Origin: Tubiluchus corallicola
Lineage: Eukaryota > Animalia > Priapulida
NCBI GenBank assembly: GCA_030141605.1
Contig: JAQGDQ010000155.1
Location: forward strand, 1-64,000
Reading direction: 5' to 3'
Length of the DNA stretch: 64,000 nt
Positions 12,515-26,118 of this stretch are shown here, piece after piece; the stretch's first letter is position 1; every line of letters begins with the position of its first letter. Made by a program: the position numbers and the translations under genes. The notes below the pieces were generated by a model. The model worked only from the letters and a program-made list of their open reading frames with translations. It did no database searches and had not been told where the DNA came from.

Positions 12515-13599
12515 CAACGTGTTTAAAGAGGAAGTGACGAAATTGTTGTTACGTGTTTCATTTTTCCGATTAGCGGCTATGCTGGCGGCATCAAACGGCG
12601 AATTAGTACAACATTTGGAGCGCCGCATTGACTGTAATAATAATATTATTAAGTTCACCAGTAGTGTTGGCATACGTGCAATTTTGATAAGCCAAAATCA
12701 CTTTTGCGTTTTTAATAAAGGAAGTATATCTCAATTAAAAGCAATTATTAGTTTAAAAAAACTGAAAACATTTCATGAAAAGGAAAAAAAATTGTGGCAA
12801 TAAGTTTGTATTATGTACTTGCAAATGCCTGTTCAGTTTTCTTGTAAATAAAATTTTATTGTTTTTTCTGAGGAAAGAGGCTAGCTGACTGCGTGATGGG
12901 CTGCCTACTATGTAAAAAAGTAATGCATTTTTCATTGATTTATTGATTTTTCTCTCCCTCCCTCTCTTAGAGAGAAAGAGAAGGATGGAGAGAGAGGGGG
13001 AGAGAAAGAGAGACAGTGAAAGGGAGAGAGCGAAAGAGAGATCACGTTAACTAATGATTACTATAAGCCTCTTACCTATTTTGTGCCTATGCGTAATAAG
13101 GAAAAGCAAATCCTCTTTATCTTGTTCAGCGATTACTGCAAGTCCAAATCGCAGACCACTTCAAAAAATCAGCCCTTCTTCATCTTTCTCCAGGTAACTT
13201 AAAGCATGTCACCAGCTAGGCTTGTACAGATGTAAGCCTTGCAGTCTTTGCTTAGTGTACAAAAAATTAATAATATTTTAATTTGTAGCAAGAGTTACAA
13301 AACTGTGTTGAAATTAACATTTTAATATAATTACCTGGCGGCATCCTTGGGAAATTTAAAAAAAGATATTCTAGCGTTTATATCTGTATTTTTACATTTC
13401 ACTGTGGCGCAGTAATGAGCCGACCGGCATGGCTTTGGTGAAGGCATCTCATAAATTCGTCTGCTAAATACCGGTGCACGAACACCTGCGCTGTAGCGTA
13501 CCTGACAACAACAATCCGTACTGAATTGCCGCTAGGGCGACACTAACTGCACGAACTACTGCGCGGTAGGACATTCCCTACTTTGCTTTGTATACTTTA
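12515..13599 (-). mobile_element. Non-autonomous P-element-like (THAP) DNA transposon, copy 1
   Basis: 7-bp TSD atatagt (12508-12514 / 13600-13606). Both ends homologous to 35953-37416. THAP-like exon 13335-13447 reads MPSPKPCRSAHYCATVKCKN..ISFFKFPKDAAR|GT. Confidence 0.85.
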
Positions 13600-14222
13600 A
13601 TATAGTAAAGTTAACTTTGAAACTTGAGACAGTGACTCGTACTCAGAGCAATTTTGTTTCCTTTTACGTTTTAACTAATAAAATTACATAATTATTGTTG
13701 TTTAAATCTTTGTTAGCAAAGTCATATGTAAAGGTAGGATTTTTAGTTTTCTTCAGCTTGTCGCTATTACAGGCATGGTCGAGAGCAGATCAGATGTGTT
13801 TTTGTTTACTCTGCATTTATATGATTCTGGCCAAAACCCTAAAAATATAGCGGATGTGTATGCAGCTATTATGCATGGGCTACAAACGTTTGGTATCTAG
13901 CATGATGAGTAATATTTGAGCATTATGTCTAATGCTTCTAAGTAACATTTTCTTGATTTTATCGTGTTTATTCATGTTTTACGGTAATATTGAAGCTCAC
14001 TTAAAAACTGAGAAGTTCAACTAGTACACCAGTGGCTTTAGAAATGAATATGGCGAAGCAAGATGACATGTGTCAGTCTGTGGCAACTAAAGAGGACTTG
14101 GAAAAAACGAAATATTAAACGACTTAATTTAGTGAATCCGTTGGCAGAAGGTGAGAATATGTGTGAAAATATGGGTGAGGTAAGAGCTGGTTGGAAAAAA
14201 ACTAACACATTGAAGACCACTT

Positions 14223-14545
14223 TGATGTAGCTTTAGCGCCACAGTAGACATTTTAACTTTAGAAAGGATGGCTTGTTAAAAGTCACACCGAAAACAATTA
14301 TTCTTACATTTTTTGAGAAGGATTTAACAATTTAGAATCGGAATCAATCATTGAAATAGCTTGTTAAGTCGTAACTGAGCATACGCAGTAAGCAAAACAG
14401 CGATTAAGCAATCAGTGCGCATATATGTGTCTCTCTTGTTGCACACCAAACTTCAATAAAGACCTGTATTATGGACTCCTCCATTTCTGTTTATTTATGT
14501 GGTTACAAAGCACTCACATCTTCCTACTATACACATAACAACATA
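14223..14545 (+). mobile_element. Possible solo LTR relic
   Basis: Starts TGATGT, contains tatat and AATAAA, ends acaacata, and is flanked by cactt/cactt. The terminal CA is imperfect. Confidence 0.3.
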
Positions 14546-14772
14546 CACTTGGTTATTATGGCGCCCTAGAAGCCTTTCAAATAAAAGACATTTCTAAATA
14601 ACTATAGGGCATACATATATTTGGTTACAGCTCAAATAGTACATTACAATTCAAATATTATAAGTGGGTTCTAAAAAATTGTTTTCTAAGTAATCGCCAT
14701 ATCACTGAGAACAATATAATGTACTAAAGTGTAGAAACAAATGCACAGCAGCAACATATGCATTCTGTTCCA

Positions 14773-14805
<33 letters not shown>

Positions 14806-14994
14806 TATGTATTATGTATTACATATACATAATCCATTTTATTTAATCTGTGGGTGCAAGGAAAGGAAAATATTATAGAGCACTAGCAGGATCATTTTAC
14901 CACATTATGACAAGTTGTCAAAACATCTAAAACATCGATTAAATAAACCAACTGTTAAAACATCAATTCAAAGACAATAATCAGAGTGCAGAAT

Positions 14995-15963
14995 TTATTG
15001 ACTCTGTGTCCTTTGTTCGAGAAGAAGGTGAATTTCTGTGTCACGAATTGCAGCAAATGAATGTTTTTGGATTAGCGAATCAAAGTATGATATAAATTTT
15101 GAAATGCGCTGGTAGCAGACGGAATTGATTCGAAACGTGGATATCATGACATCTTGATGTGTTGTCCTAAAAGGCGGATCCATGTTACTTGATAGCTTTC
15201 TATTTCGTTGGTTGGTGGTGTGGAATTGCTTGTTATGCAGCTGCCAAAAAATCAACCTTGATGTTGGAATCAAAGCAACCAAATGTTAGGAATGGCGGAT
15301 TTAAGCAGAAATGTTTGATCTTGGCTGCAAAGCTCAATAAACTCGGGCATATCTGCTGCAAACTGTAAAATGTTTTGAATTCCAATTGGAAGTAAATACA
15401 TAGCTACTAGGCGTAAGGCTTGTATTTGCGGTGTGACCTTTGCCTTAAGTTGATTTTTTCGAGTTTTAGAATACCTGCCAAAATGCATGGGAGTGGCCTA
15501 GAAACCCATATCGAGACACTTTTGGTATCTACAAAATTGACATTGGCGGCACAGCTGGTACTCATAAATCGCCCATAATGCGAACCGACTGTGGAGCCGC
15601 ACAGATAATGTTTTTGTATTTGTTGCAAGTTAGCTCATATGATTTGAGGCAGTCCTATGGTACAAAATGCGCAAAGGTGGTTTTCGCTTAACAGATGATC
15701 AAAATAGTATCGAATACACGAACAGTTATAAAAGTATTTATTGCACTTAATGTGTACCATTTAAAATGTCTCACATCCATTAACTTTACCGCAACAAATC
15801 ATGAAAACGAATTGCCAAAAGGTGTGCTTGTGTTTTCATGTTTGATCACAATGACTATTAATATGAATATTACAATTTGTTTCAATGTTTCAATCCCCAT
15901 CAGTTTTAATATTTTGAAATAATCGAGCACACCTTTGACAGATTAAGAAAACAATAACCAGAT
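14995..15963 (-). pseudogene. Degenerate intronless nuclear receptor (NR1-like), unit A, with up to three DBD-like modules plus an LBD
   Basis: 15542-15501 reads CQFCRYQKCLDMGF, followed in frame after one stop by HFGRYSK and IQNILQFAADMPEFIELCSQDQTFLLKS (LBD signature). Upstream is LCGSTVGSHYGRFMSTSC; downstream is DTEIHLL. Multiple stops and frameshifts. Confidence 0.88.
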
Positions 15964-16389
15964 TATGAGGGTGATTCTTCCTCTCCTGGAAGCTCTTCTT
16001 ATGATGTCTATAAATCGTATCTCAGTTATGATCTATGTAAATCTTATGATCTCTTTGATAATGATCTAATGTATCAGTTATCACCCATTAATTATTATAT
16101 CTTGTGATCGTATAGCATGCACGTGATTCATAGAATCATTTAAATTTATTAAAGGTTGATTCGCTTCTTATCTCATTAATCGCTACAAGGTGTTTTATCA
16201 CCTGGCTCCTAAAGCTTAAGATTAGTTTATCGGGCAATAATCTAGTCCCTCTAGACTGACTGTACGACTTCGCGTTGTGAGAAAAGTCTTTACCTCTAAA
16301 GCTTACTAGCGTAGCTCCTGCAATTGAGCCTTGTGAAATTAATTAACGATTAATACACTGCAAATCTACACGTTCGTTATCGAATCTAA

Positions 16390-17443
16390 TGTTGCTTAAC
16401 TTTAAACACCTATAAGCATACATGAACTAGTCATTTAAGTCAAAGTGAATGCTTTTATTGGTTTACAACAATTACTCTTAGCTAGATGATTATGAACGAT
16501 TTGTTCCTAGACGCTGGTCGGCGTTCACAAATAATGTTTTAGCTCCAAGAGACACACAAGTTATTCACTTAGCAATTCTCGTACGTTGTACGTAAGGTGC
16601 TAGATACAATGTGAAGTATGAAATTACAATAAATCTGACTGTTACACTTAAGGTGTTTATTACACTGTGAACTTCTACTATGCAGAGTTACTCTCAAGTT
16701 ACAAATGCGTTAAGATTACTTAACTCGGTGGAATGACCAATGTAACGGCTGTACACTTGGTCAAATCCAATTCTGTTGTAAGACTATTCGCAGATCCAGT
16801 GCTCAGATTAGCTGAGGACGTAGAACGATGGTCCACGCTGGTTCGAAACGTAGTCTATACACTGTCAGATTTCCAGTCGCCTCTCTCTGGCTCCCCTCTC
16901 TCCCTGATCTTGGCTCTCTCACCAACTAACCACCATGTGTTGCCAAACACGGGTTTATATCTGCAAGTTCCGCTTTGCGTAATTCGCGCTAAAAACGCAA
17001 TATGGTGCAATAGGTTAAAGGTGAAATCTTTGGCTCTAAGTTTATGACCATCCAGGTGGTTCGAGAATTCTACCTCTTGCGTGGGAAGTTAGCTGCACGC
17101 CAGGTCTGTCCTTCAGAACTTCTTGCTCTCAGAGATCCCTCTTGGCTTGGCATTGGTCATAAAGCTTTTCTTTCCACAGAAGTCCCGCTTCTCGCGACTT
17201 CTTAATAATTACATGTAACTCCGCATAATGTTATATTGAGCGTTTAGCTATGCTTACATAAAGTTATAAAACAAGTTTACGCTTTCTCTAACTGAACACC
17301 TGTTTGCCTTCAGTAAACGCAAAACACACCTGTGAAAATAATTTGCTTCGCATTAAATCCCGTGCCTAGCCAGCTAAGTGAGTTCCTATAATCAACCAAT
17401 AAATTTATCTTATCAAATCAAGGAGGTATCCGTTTTATCAACA
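16390..17443 (-). mobile_element. Solo-LTR-like insertion (TGTTG...CAACA), possibly extending to about 15966
   Basis: 5-bp terminal inverted repeat; gaatctaa on both flanks (16382-16389 / 17444-17451). Minus-strand TATAAA near 16953-16958 and AATAAA near 16454-16459. No coding capacity. Confidence 0.6.
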
Positions 17444-17460
17444 GAATCTAATGCAGTTGA

Positions 17461-20400
17461 TGTGACGTGTTCTTATCTGTGGCTAACAGTTTAATGTTTG
17501 GTCTTACTAAGATTTCCCTTATCTTTTAAGCGGGCTCACCACGAGGTAGAAGTTACGTAATGTGGGATTTTCTTTGTTCACATGATTATGTAAACTGATG
17601 CTCTTTTAATAAACGTTTGTTTTAGTATTCACTAATTATTTAACTGTTGTGGCTGTATCTTGCAAACGTTACATGGTAGTACGGATGGAAGTTATCGGCA
17701 AGTGCTTAACTACTGATACGCTGATAACATCACTTCTTTACGTAACGCCAAACTTTCTATCGGGAAGACTGTGGTAAGATAAAATGGCTGACGGCGAAGG
17801 TCATGTTCAAGTTACTTCCCCGTATAGTGTTCTACCTGCACCACCTAGACTAGACCTGCATGGAAATTTAGCTGCGAATTGGCGAAAATTTCGTCGGGTG
17901 TGGGACAATTATGAGGTGGCTTTGAAGCTCAATGAAGCAAATGATGCTGTTAGAACAGCCACATTATTGACCGTTTTGGGTCCTGAGTGTGTGGAAATTT
18001 TTGATGGACTAGAATTTGAAAACGAGGCAGACAAAACAAATGTTGCAATGGTTCTACAAAAATTTGAAGCATTTTGTGTCGGAGAAACTAATGAAACTTA
18101 CGAACGATATTGTTTTAATAAACGCGATCAAAATCCTGGTGAAACAATCGATGCCTATGTCTCATCTTTGCGCACACTAGCCAAAAGGTGTAATTACGGC
18201 AACCTAACTGATAGTCTGATACGGATCGGATAATCCTAGGCATAACTGACAATATTACTCGTAAGCGACTACTGCAAGAGTCGAAACTAACATTGAGTAG
18301 CTGTATAACTATTTGTCGCTCGTTTGCTGAGTCTGCAAGTCAACTTAAAGATATCATAAAGGCTGAACAAGCCTCGTACTCTGAACAAGTGCAAGCTGTC
18401 AAATCCAAAACTCATAAAGGTAGTGCTAGTAAAGCCACGGGTGCTTAGAAAAAGGTGATTGACTGTCACTTCTGTGGACATAAGCATGAATGGGACAAAA
18501 ATAAATGTCCTGCTTATGGCAAAACATGTAACATTTGCCATGGAAGAAATCATTTTCAGTCTATGTGCAAATCTAGAGGTAGAACTGACACTCGTGCAAA
18601 ATCATTTCCGTCGAGAAGAAGCCAAAGTGTCTTTGGCATGGCAAACTGTGAGGCAAAGTCGAATGAGTATATGATTGGAACTGTAACTCATACTGTTCAT
18701 GCTACTGAACAGTGTACCACACAACAGCCTCAGATTTACAGTGAATGGCTTATGGAGGGTACACCTACGATTTTTCAGATTGACTGTGGGGCCAGTATAA
18801 ACATTATACCTGAAAGACTTGTGCCACATCACTTGTGTGATAAACTTGCTACTGTAAACACTGTGTTAGAAATGTGGAACAAAACTAAAATAAGTCCCAT
18901 TGGGCAAGTCAGATTGTCAATTGTAAATCCAGTGAATAAGAAAAGTTACTCTGTGAACTTTTTGGTCGTAAACGAAAATTATGTACCATTGTTAGGTTCT
19001 TGTGCTTCACAGCAAATGAAGCTTATTACTGTAAATGAAAATAACTTCAAAAGGGTTGAATCAGCCAATGTTGCTAATATGTTGTGTAGTGATAGCAGTA
19101 CTAGGCCTACAGTACATGTTTCAGATGTTTGTAGTGTTGCTGATTGTAATGCTTTACTAACTGAATTTTCTGATATTTTCAGTGAGGTACCAGGAGAATT
19201 CCCTGGATGTGTAAGTTTGAAAATTGATCCTACTGTACCGCCAGTTGTTCAACCATGTAGGCGACTTCCTTATAACATACGAGATAAATTTAAAGCTGAA
19301 CTTGACAGACTCGAACAAAACAACATCATTGAACGTGTAGACCACCCTACTGACTGGGTTAACGCTTACACAACTGCTACTAAACGTTCGGGCAGTATCA
19401 GAATCTGCTTGGATCCTAAACCACTGAATAAGGCTATCAGACGAGAAATCTACCATATTCCTACAATGGAGGAGCTTACTCCTAGACTGTGCAATGCGAA
19501 GCTCTTTTCTACTTTCGATGTGACAAGTGGGTTTCATCACATGATCTAACAACATTTGATACTCCGCTCGGTAGATATCGTTATACTAGAGCTCCGTTTG
19601 GGATTTCGGCTTGGCCTGAGATTTTTCAGAAGAAAATGGATGAGCAAATACAAGGCCTAAAAGGAATAGAAAGAAGACTTCCACGATGACGTTCTAATTT
19701 ATGGTTGTGGTACTACCATTACAGAAGCCGGTGTTGACCATGACAACAAACTTAGAGCATTCTTTGAACGATGTCGTGAAAGAAATATAAAACTGAATCC
19801 AGATAAAAGTCAGATTCGACGTAGTGAAGTGCGATACCACGGGCATATTCTGAGTGCTAATGGTATTAAAGCTGACCCCGACAAGGTCGTAGCGGTGCAA
19901 AATATGCCAGCTCCAATCGATAAGACGAGAGTAAGAAGACTGTGTGGTTTTGTCAATTACTTGGCAAAGTTTTTGCCTATGCTTTCTGAAGTCTTAAAAC
20001 CTATTAGTAACTTAATGTCTGACAAAACAGAATTCAGATGGAACTTTGAACAAGAAGAGGCATTTGCACAGGTTAAAAAGCTCATAACTACGTCTCCCGT
20101 GCTCAGATATTACAACCCAGATGAAGAACTCACTCTGCAATGTGACAGCAGTCAGTCAGGCTTAGGTGCATGTCTAATGCAGAATGGTCAACCAGTTGTG
20201 TTCGCCTCTCGAACTTTGACTCCATCCGAACAGAACTATGCGCAACTTGAAAAGGAAATGCTGAGTCTAATTTTTGGTATTCAAAAGTTTGACCACTACT
20301 GCTACGCTCGTAAAGTAAAGCTGGAAACTGATCACAAGCCTCTTGAATCCATACTCAAGAAGAGCATACTTAGTGCTCCTAAGAGAATACAGCGCATGAT

Positions 20401-22176
20401 GTTGGTGCTGCAGAACTATGATGTTGAAGTAGTATATAGGAAAGGAGCAACCATGCTGATGGCTGACACCTTGTCTCGTGCTTCTCTCCCCGAGACTGAT
20501 GACATTGCTTTAGAATTTGAAACTGTACGTGCTTTGGAATACGTACTTGCTACTTTTAAAGATGAGAAACTTGAATTGCTCAAAGTGGCTACAGTGACCG
20601 ATCCAGAGATGAAAGCTTTGCAAACTATGATTAGGTCTGGCTGGCCTTGCAAAGTATCTGAGGTACAACCAGATCTACGGCAATACTTTAATTATAGAGA
20701 TGAACTGGCAATAAATGAAGGTTTGATATTTAAAGGTGAGAGAATTGTATACCCACCAAGCGAAAGGCTGTCTTTCGTTAGAATGGTTCATGCTAGCCAC
20801 CTGGGAATACAAGGCTGCTTGCGAAGAGCACGTGAAGTTGTATTCTGGCCTCGGATGAACGCTGATTTTGAATCTTACATTCAAAAGTGTGAAATCTGTA
20901 ATGCATATCCACGGTCACAGCAAAAGGAGGAATTGATTCCACAAATTGCAACTCGACTATGGCAGATTGTAGGAAGTGATCTGTGTGAGGTAAATAATAC
21001 TGATTATCTCATAACTGTTGACTATTATTCCAACTTCTTTGAAATAGACAAGCTTGAATTAAAAGAAGCTAGAACAGTCATAACAAAGTTGAAAGCACAT
21101 TTTTCTCGGCATGGAATACCAGAAATGCTCCGTTCTGATAATGTGCCATTTGATTCTCAAGAGTTTAAAACTTTTGCTAAAATTTATGGCTTCCAGCATG
21201 AAACTTCTTCACCGAGGTATCCAAAATCAAATGGCAAAGTTGAGAATGCTGTCAACACTGCTAAGCGTTTGATGAAGAAAGCGCTAGTTGCAAAAGAAGA
21301 CCCATACTTGTCTCTATTGGCTTATAGAAATACACCAGCGGAAGGTCTTAATGCATCACCAGCTCAACGATTGTTTGGAAGACGGACACGAACTACTCTA
21401 CCAATGCCATCTGCCTTGCTAGAACCGAAACTTGTGCCAAATACTAGAGAGAAAATCATTGCTCAGAAGGATCGCCAAGCTACATATTACAACCAACAGG
21501 CGAAACCTTTGATTCAATTAATGGTTGGGGATGTTGTACGTATGGACCCTCTACGAAAAGGGAAGATGTGGGAGAAAGCTATAGTGATACGGAAGATTGG
21601 TGAAAGGTCTTACCTTGTAAAGACTGAAAGTGGAACCGTGTACAGAAGAAACAGAGTTCATCTGCGCAAGACGTCTGAGACTTATGTAGATGAATCTGTA
21701 TACTGCCCATACGACAACATGAGACAGAAACAAGACGTGATACCAGACACAGACTTAACGATAACAGACAGAGGAATGATAACGAGATTAGAACACGTTC
21801 TGGTAGGCGAATTCAGACACCTAAGTTTCTTAATGATTATGTTACCTAGTTGGAGTATTAATAACCTTGATGTTGACCTTTAATTTTGTGACCTTGATAT
21901 CTGCCTGCATTGATGTTTTTCAGTTTAGTTGGTCTACGTTACTTACTTTTAAAACGAAGAGGGTGTGACGTGTTCTTATCTGTGGCTAACAGTTTAATGT
22001 TTGGTCGTACTAAGATTTCCCTTATTTTTTAAGCGGGCTCACCACGAGGTAGAAGTTACGTAATGTGGGATTTTCTTTGTTCACATGATTATGTAAACTG
22101 ATGCTCTTTTAATAAACGTTTGTTTTAGTATTCACTAATTATTCAACTGTTGTGGCTGTATCTTGCAAACGTTACA
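17461..22176 (+). mobile_element. Full-length Ty3/Gypsy LTR retrotransposon, Mag-like
   Basis: 213-bp LTRs at 17461-17673 and 21964-22176 (TG...CA, 3 differences). 5-bp TSD gttga. iMet-like PBS tggtagtacggatgg; PPT aaaacgaagaggg. Confidence 0.96.
17784..21883 (+). pseudogene. Disrupted gag-pol of the Mag-like element (PR-RT-RH-IN)
   Basis: Gag NLAANWRKFRRVW; double knuckle CHFCGHKH..CPAYGKTCNICHGRNHFQSMC; IDCGA protease; RT FHDD; CDSSQSGLG RNase H; HHCC/DDE integrase. Frameshifts near 18222 and 19670 and a deletion near 19547. Confidence 0.92.
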
Positions 22177-22181
22177 GTTGA

Positions 22182-23405
22182 TAATTCTATTAATTAATCA
22201 CTAAATTACCGATTCCTAAATTTATTCATAACATTCTGGTGGTTGTGAAATCGTCCGTAGAAGTTGAAACAGTGCTGATAGTATATCTATCCAGGGTGGG
22301 TAAAGCTAGAGATTGAGTGTTTGCATCTCCAGCAATGCTGTAATAAAGCAAATATGACTTCTTTAAAAAAGTTTATTAATATGGGTGGTATAATATGTTC
22401 AATGCAGTAGTTATACGGTTAGCATCCGAGGCGAGAAATGATGAAATTACATTGACATTCGGTGGGAATGTTAGATTAGTCTGCATTAATTTATGGACTG
22501 TCTTAGTTTTATTATGTAAATTATTAACTGCAAGGTTAGGTTATACACGTTAAATCTGTGTGAGTTGTGGCTATTTTGAGTATTAGTAAGGGTAATCAAA
22601 GAAGAGAAAGTTAGAAATGCGAAAACCTCGGCAGCAGCTAATGGCATTATTTGAGTTTGTTCACTAGGAGAAAAAGGGGCTCGCAATGACAAAAACGTGA
22701 TTACCTTTGTTAGTAGGTAAAGTGGTGGTATTTGAAAGTTCTTGGTTAGGAGAAATTTGCTGGTGGACTATATCGATATTATAATCATAGCTCTCATGTA
22801 GCTCTTGAATTAAAGTTGAGAGTCTATCTTTAGATACACAATTGGGACTATTATAAAGAAATGAAAATCTTGTTTCATTTCTTCTTTTGCGCCAATTGAG
22901 GTAATTTATTATGAGAAAAACTGTAAGAAAGTACGGCAAACACAGGTGCGTTGTCTTGAAGCATTGTGAGACTCGAATAAGTGACATTAATGGTCCCAGA
23001 AGCTGAAATACATTTAAAAACTGGAGTAAGTGAAGTACCTCTTGGTTGGGCTTGAAATTATGGTGGTGGCTGGTAGGAAGGTATTCGATTTCGTTTTGCC
23101 AGATTTGGCTGTGGGATGTGTGGGGCATGATTCGGTAGTTTTGACGGTTTTAAAATAAGCAGGAGGCGCGAATTTTTGTACCACAGCACGTAAGCTATTG
23201 TAATTATTATTACAGTCACTATTAACATAATTATAAGATGTTAGTGAGGCCACATGGCGAGTACAAAAGCCAGCAGGGGTGGTTTTTTTAAGTAATTTGT
23301 TGGTTTTGTCCAAAAGGGTTTGTCTGTCTACTCTTGTAATGATAATTATATCAATCGGTTGGTTATCTGTTGGTGTGAATTGTAAATCTGGTAATGGATT
23401 TCGTA
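22182..23405 (-). pseudogene. Degenerate nuclear receptor unit B: hinge and ligand-binding domain
   Basis: S/T-rich hinge; helix-1-like LSTLIQELHESY; signature-like FVIASPFFS/SEQTQIMPLAAAEVFAFL; C-terminal HQNVMNKF..LIEL (AF-2-like). Many lesions. Confidence 0.55.
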
Positions 23406-26118
23406 TGCAGAAGCTGGGAGGCAGATATGGCTACACGAAGATCGACCTTGCTGATGCCTATAACCAGATTAAGCTGGCACCCGAGAGTCAACGCAGGCTA
23501 CCTCTTAGTACCCACCATGGTGTACTCCTGCAGCAATGACTTCCCTTCGGTATCAAGTCAGCGCCTAGTTACTTTCAGGAAATCACGGAGAACCTGACCA
23601 GTGATCTGCCTGGAGTTGCCATCTTCCAAGACGATATGCTCGTCAGTGGGCAAGACGCAAATGATCACCTGATCAACCTGAGATGCTTGCCCACTCATTT
23701 GAATGACAAAGGACTCAGATGTCGTCGTAAAAAGTGCTTGTTCGCACAACCAAGTATTGAATATCTTGGACACACCTTACCGGCCAAAGGAGTCGCAAAA
23801 GGATCCATGGTCGAGGCAGTCATGAAGATGCCACCTCCTACAGACGTCTAAAGCTTGAAGTCTTTCTTGGGCTCAGTTCAGTTCTATGGGAAGTTCATCC
23901 CAAGCCTGGCTACTATGGCAGAGCCTCTTTACCGCTTAACCAAGAAGACAGTCCCCTGGAAGTGGAGAGATGAGGAGCAAACAGCATTTGAACTTTTGAA
24001 AAATGTGCTATCCTCAGATGAAGTCCTCATGCATTTTGACCCAGACAAGCCTCTGGGATTAGTTTCTGATGCGTCCAACGTTGCAATTGGAGCTGTCCTG
24101 TTTCATTGCTATCCAGATGGAAGCGAGCGCCCAATTTCGAATGTGTCTAAGACTCTCACAGCTGCAGAAACGAACTACAGCCAAATACATAAGGAAGCCC
24201 TAGCCATTATCTTCGGCTTAGGGAAATTCTATCAGTACCTCTACGGGCGTCATTTCACACTGGTGACTGATCATAAGCCACTGACTTCACTCTTCGGACC
24301 GAAGAAAGGGACGCCACTTCTGGCAGCTGATCGTCTAGCTCGGTGGGCCCTGTGGCTAAACCAGTTTGACTACAGCATCGAGTACCGGAAAACAGCAGAT
24401 CACGGCAAGATAGATACCCTTAGTCGTTTGCCCTCTGGAGACGACAACAACTTCGAGGGGAGGAAAATGGTGAAGACATGAATATGGTGTGTGCCATTAA
24501 AGTTCTCAGTCTTCAAGTCAAGCCTGTGGATGCCAACATCCTCCGAGAAGAGTCAGGGAAAGATCTGGTGCTAGCTACGGTCATGCGCTATGTCTGGGAA
24601 GGATGGCCGCCCAAGCACGCTGAGATCAACGGAGAAGTCAAAAAGTTCTGGAAGTTGTCGGATTCACTAAGTGTCTGCCACGGATGATCAGGTTGTGATT
24701 CCACAGAGCGTGCAGTCCAAGAGCCTGGATCTACTGCATATTGGGCACTTCGGCATGGAACGCATGAAATAGTTGGCAAGAACTGCTGTCTACTGGCCCG
24801 GTATCGATGCAGCTATCGATGTGACTCCTGCGGAGAACATCAGAACAAGCCATCCAAGCCTGTAGCTCACCCAGGATGCTACCAGAGAAGCCATGGAACT
24901 GCTTACACCTGGATCACACCATGAACTTCATGGTACAAACTGGCTGGTTGATCACGGATGCTTACTCAAAGTATCCATGCATTCACCCTACGTCTTCCAA
25001 GTCCACTAGAGCCACTCTAGATTTGCTGGAAGAGGACTTTGCTCACTTTGAAATACCTCACACACTGGTCAATGCATCAACCTTCAAGTCTGATGAGTTC
25101 CAGAGCTGGTGCAGAGAACATGGGATCACACATCTCACAGGAGCACCATACGATACAGCTACCAATGGAGCAGCAGAACGATTGGTACGGAAATTTAAGC
25201 AAGCACTCACAAAGTCTTCTCTGCCCCAAAGCGAGCTCTTCAAGAGTTTCTGATGCAGTACCGGAGAACACCGACATCCTGTGGATTCTCTCCGAGGTGT
25301 CTTGGTGTCTCGGCAGATACAGACAAGGATCAACTCCTTGCTACCCTCGCCAGCGCATACGGCTCAGGGCAAGCAATCCAAGGAGTCATCTCGCTCGACT
25401 CCAGACTCGGGAGGTGTCACCAAGCAGTACAAGGCTGGAGAGCCTATCTGTGCACTGTACTATGGACCTCGTCGAGACGGACATCCCTGGTGGGTACCAG
25501 CAGTCATCAAGAACTCGCTGCTTCAACGTTAAGGTCTTTCCTCATGGTCCAGTGTGGAGACGACACTGAGAACAGCTATGTCCATGCTACGCTTCTGCAG
25601 AAGACTACGAACCTGGTAATGAGATGGACTTTTCTTCTGAGCTTCCACCTGATCATCCAATGGAGATCCTGGAAGAACAGCCAGAAACCCTGAAGCAGAC
25701 CGGAGCACCTCGGCCCATGTCTGAGACCAAGCCGCATGTGCCAGAATATGGACCGGACAACCCCAGACGATCCAAGAGGACACCCAAGCCGAGAGAGAGA
25801 CTTTGTTGCTGATGCTTTGGAGACAGCATCAATTTCGGTAGGGAGGTGTTGTGTAGATCACTGGCTTCTATTAGAATTACATAGAACATTGTAGAATGTT
25901 CCATCGGAATGACCGTCTGGAATGTTCTGGGACATTACTTCTGGAAGCTTCTTCAGCGCGCTATATGAGGCGAAGCAGGCCGCTGACAGGAGTACACAGG
26001 ATACATGCAGATCTCGCACAGACATACACTTGTATACTTACTTTTTCAGATGCACTTAAACGTTTTCCAGATTTTCACATTTACAGTAATCGTTTCTCGT
26101 TCCTTCATACTTTTGTGT
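23406..26118 (+). mobile_element. 5'- and 3'-truncated Gypsy (Mag/K02A2.6-like) fragment: RT-RH-IN, PPT and partial 3' LTR
   Basis: KIDLADAYNQI, FQDD, SDASNVAIGAVL..DGSERPI, TDHKPL, NGAAERLV. PPT ggtagggagg is followed by TGTTG at 25847. Many stops; flanked by tgcagaa repeats. Confidence 0.9.

Noticed and set aside
12465-12803. Protein-coding gene pair with ORF 35843-36154
   Set aside because: The shared peptide only reflects the shared transposon end. Both ORFs cross the element boundary.
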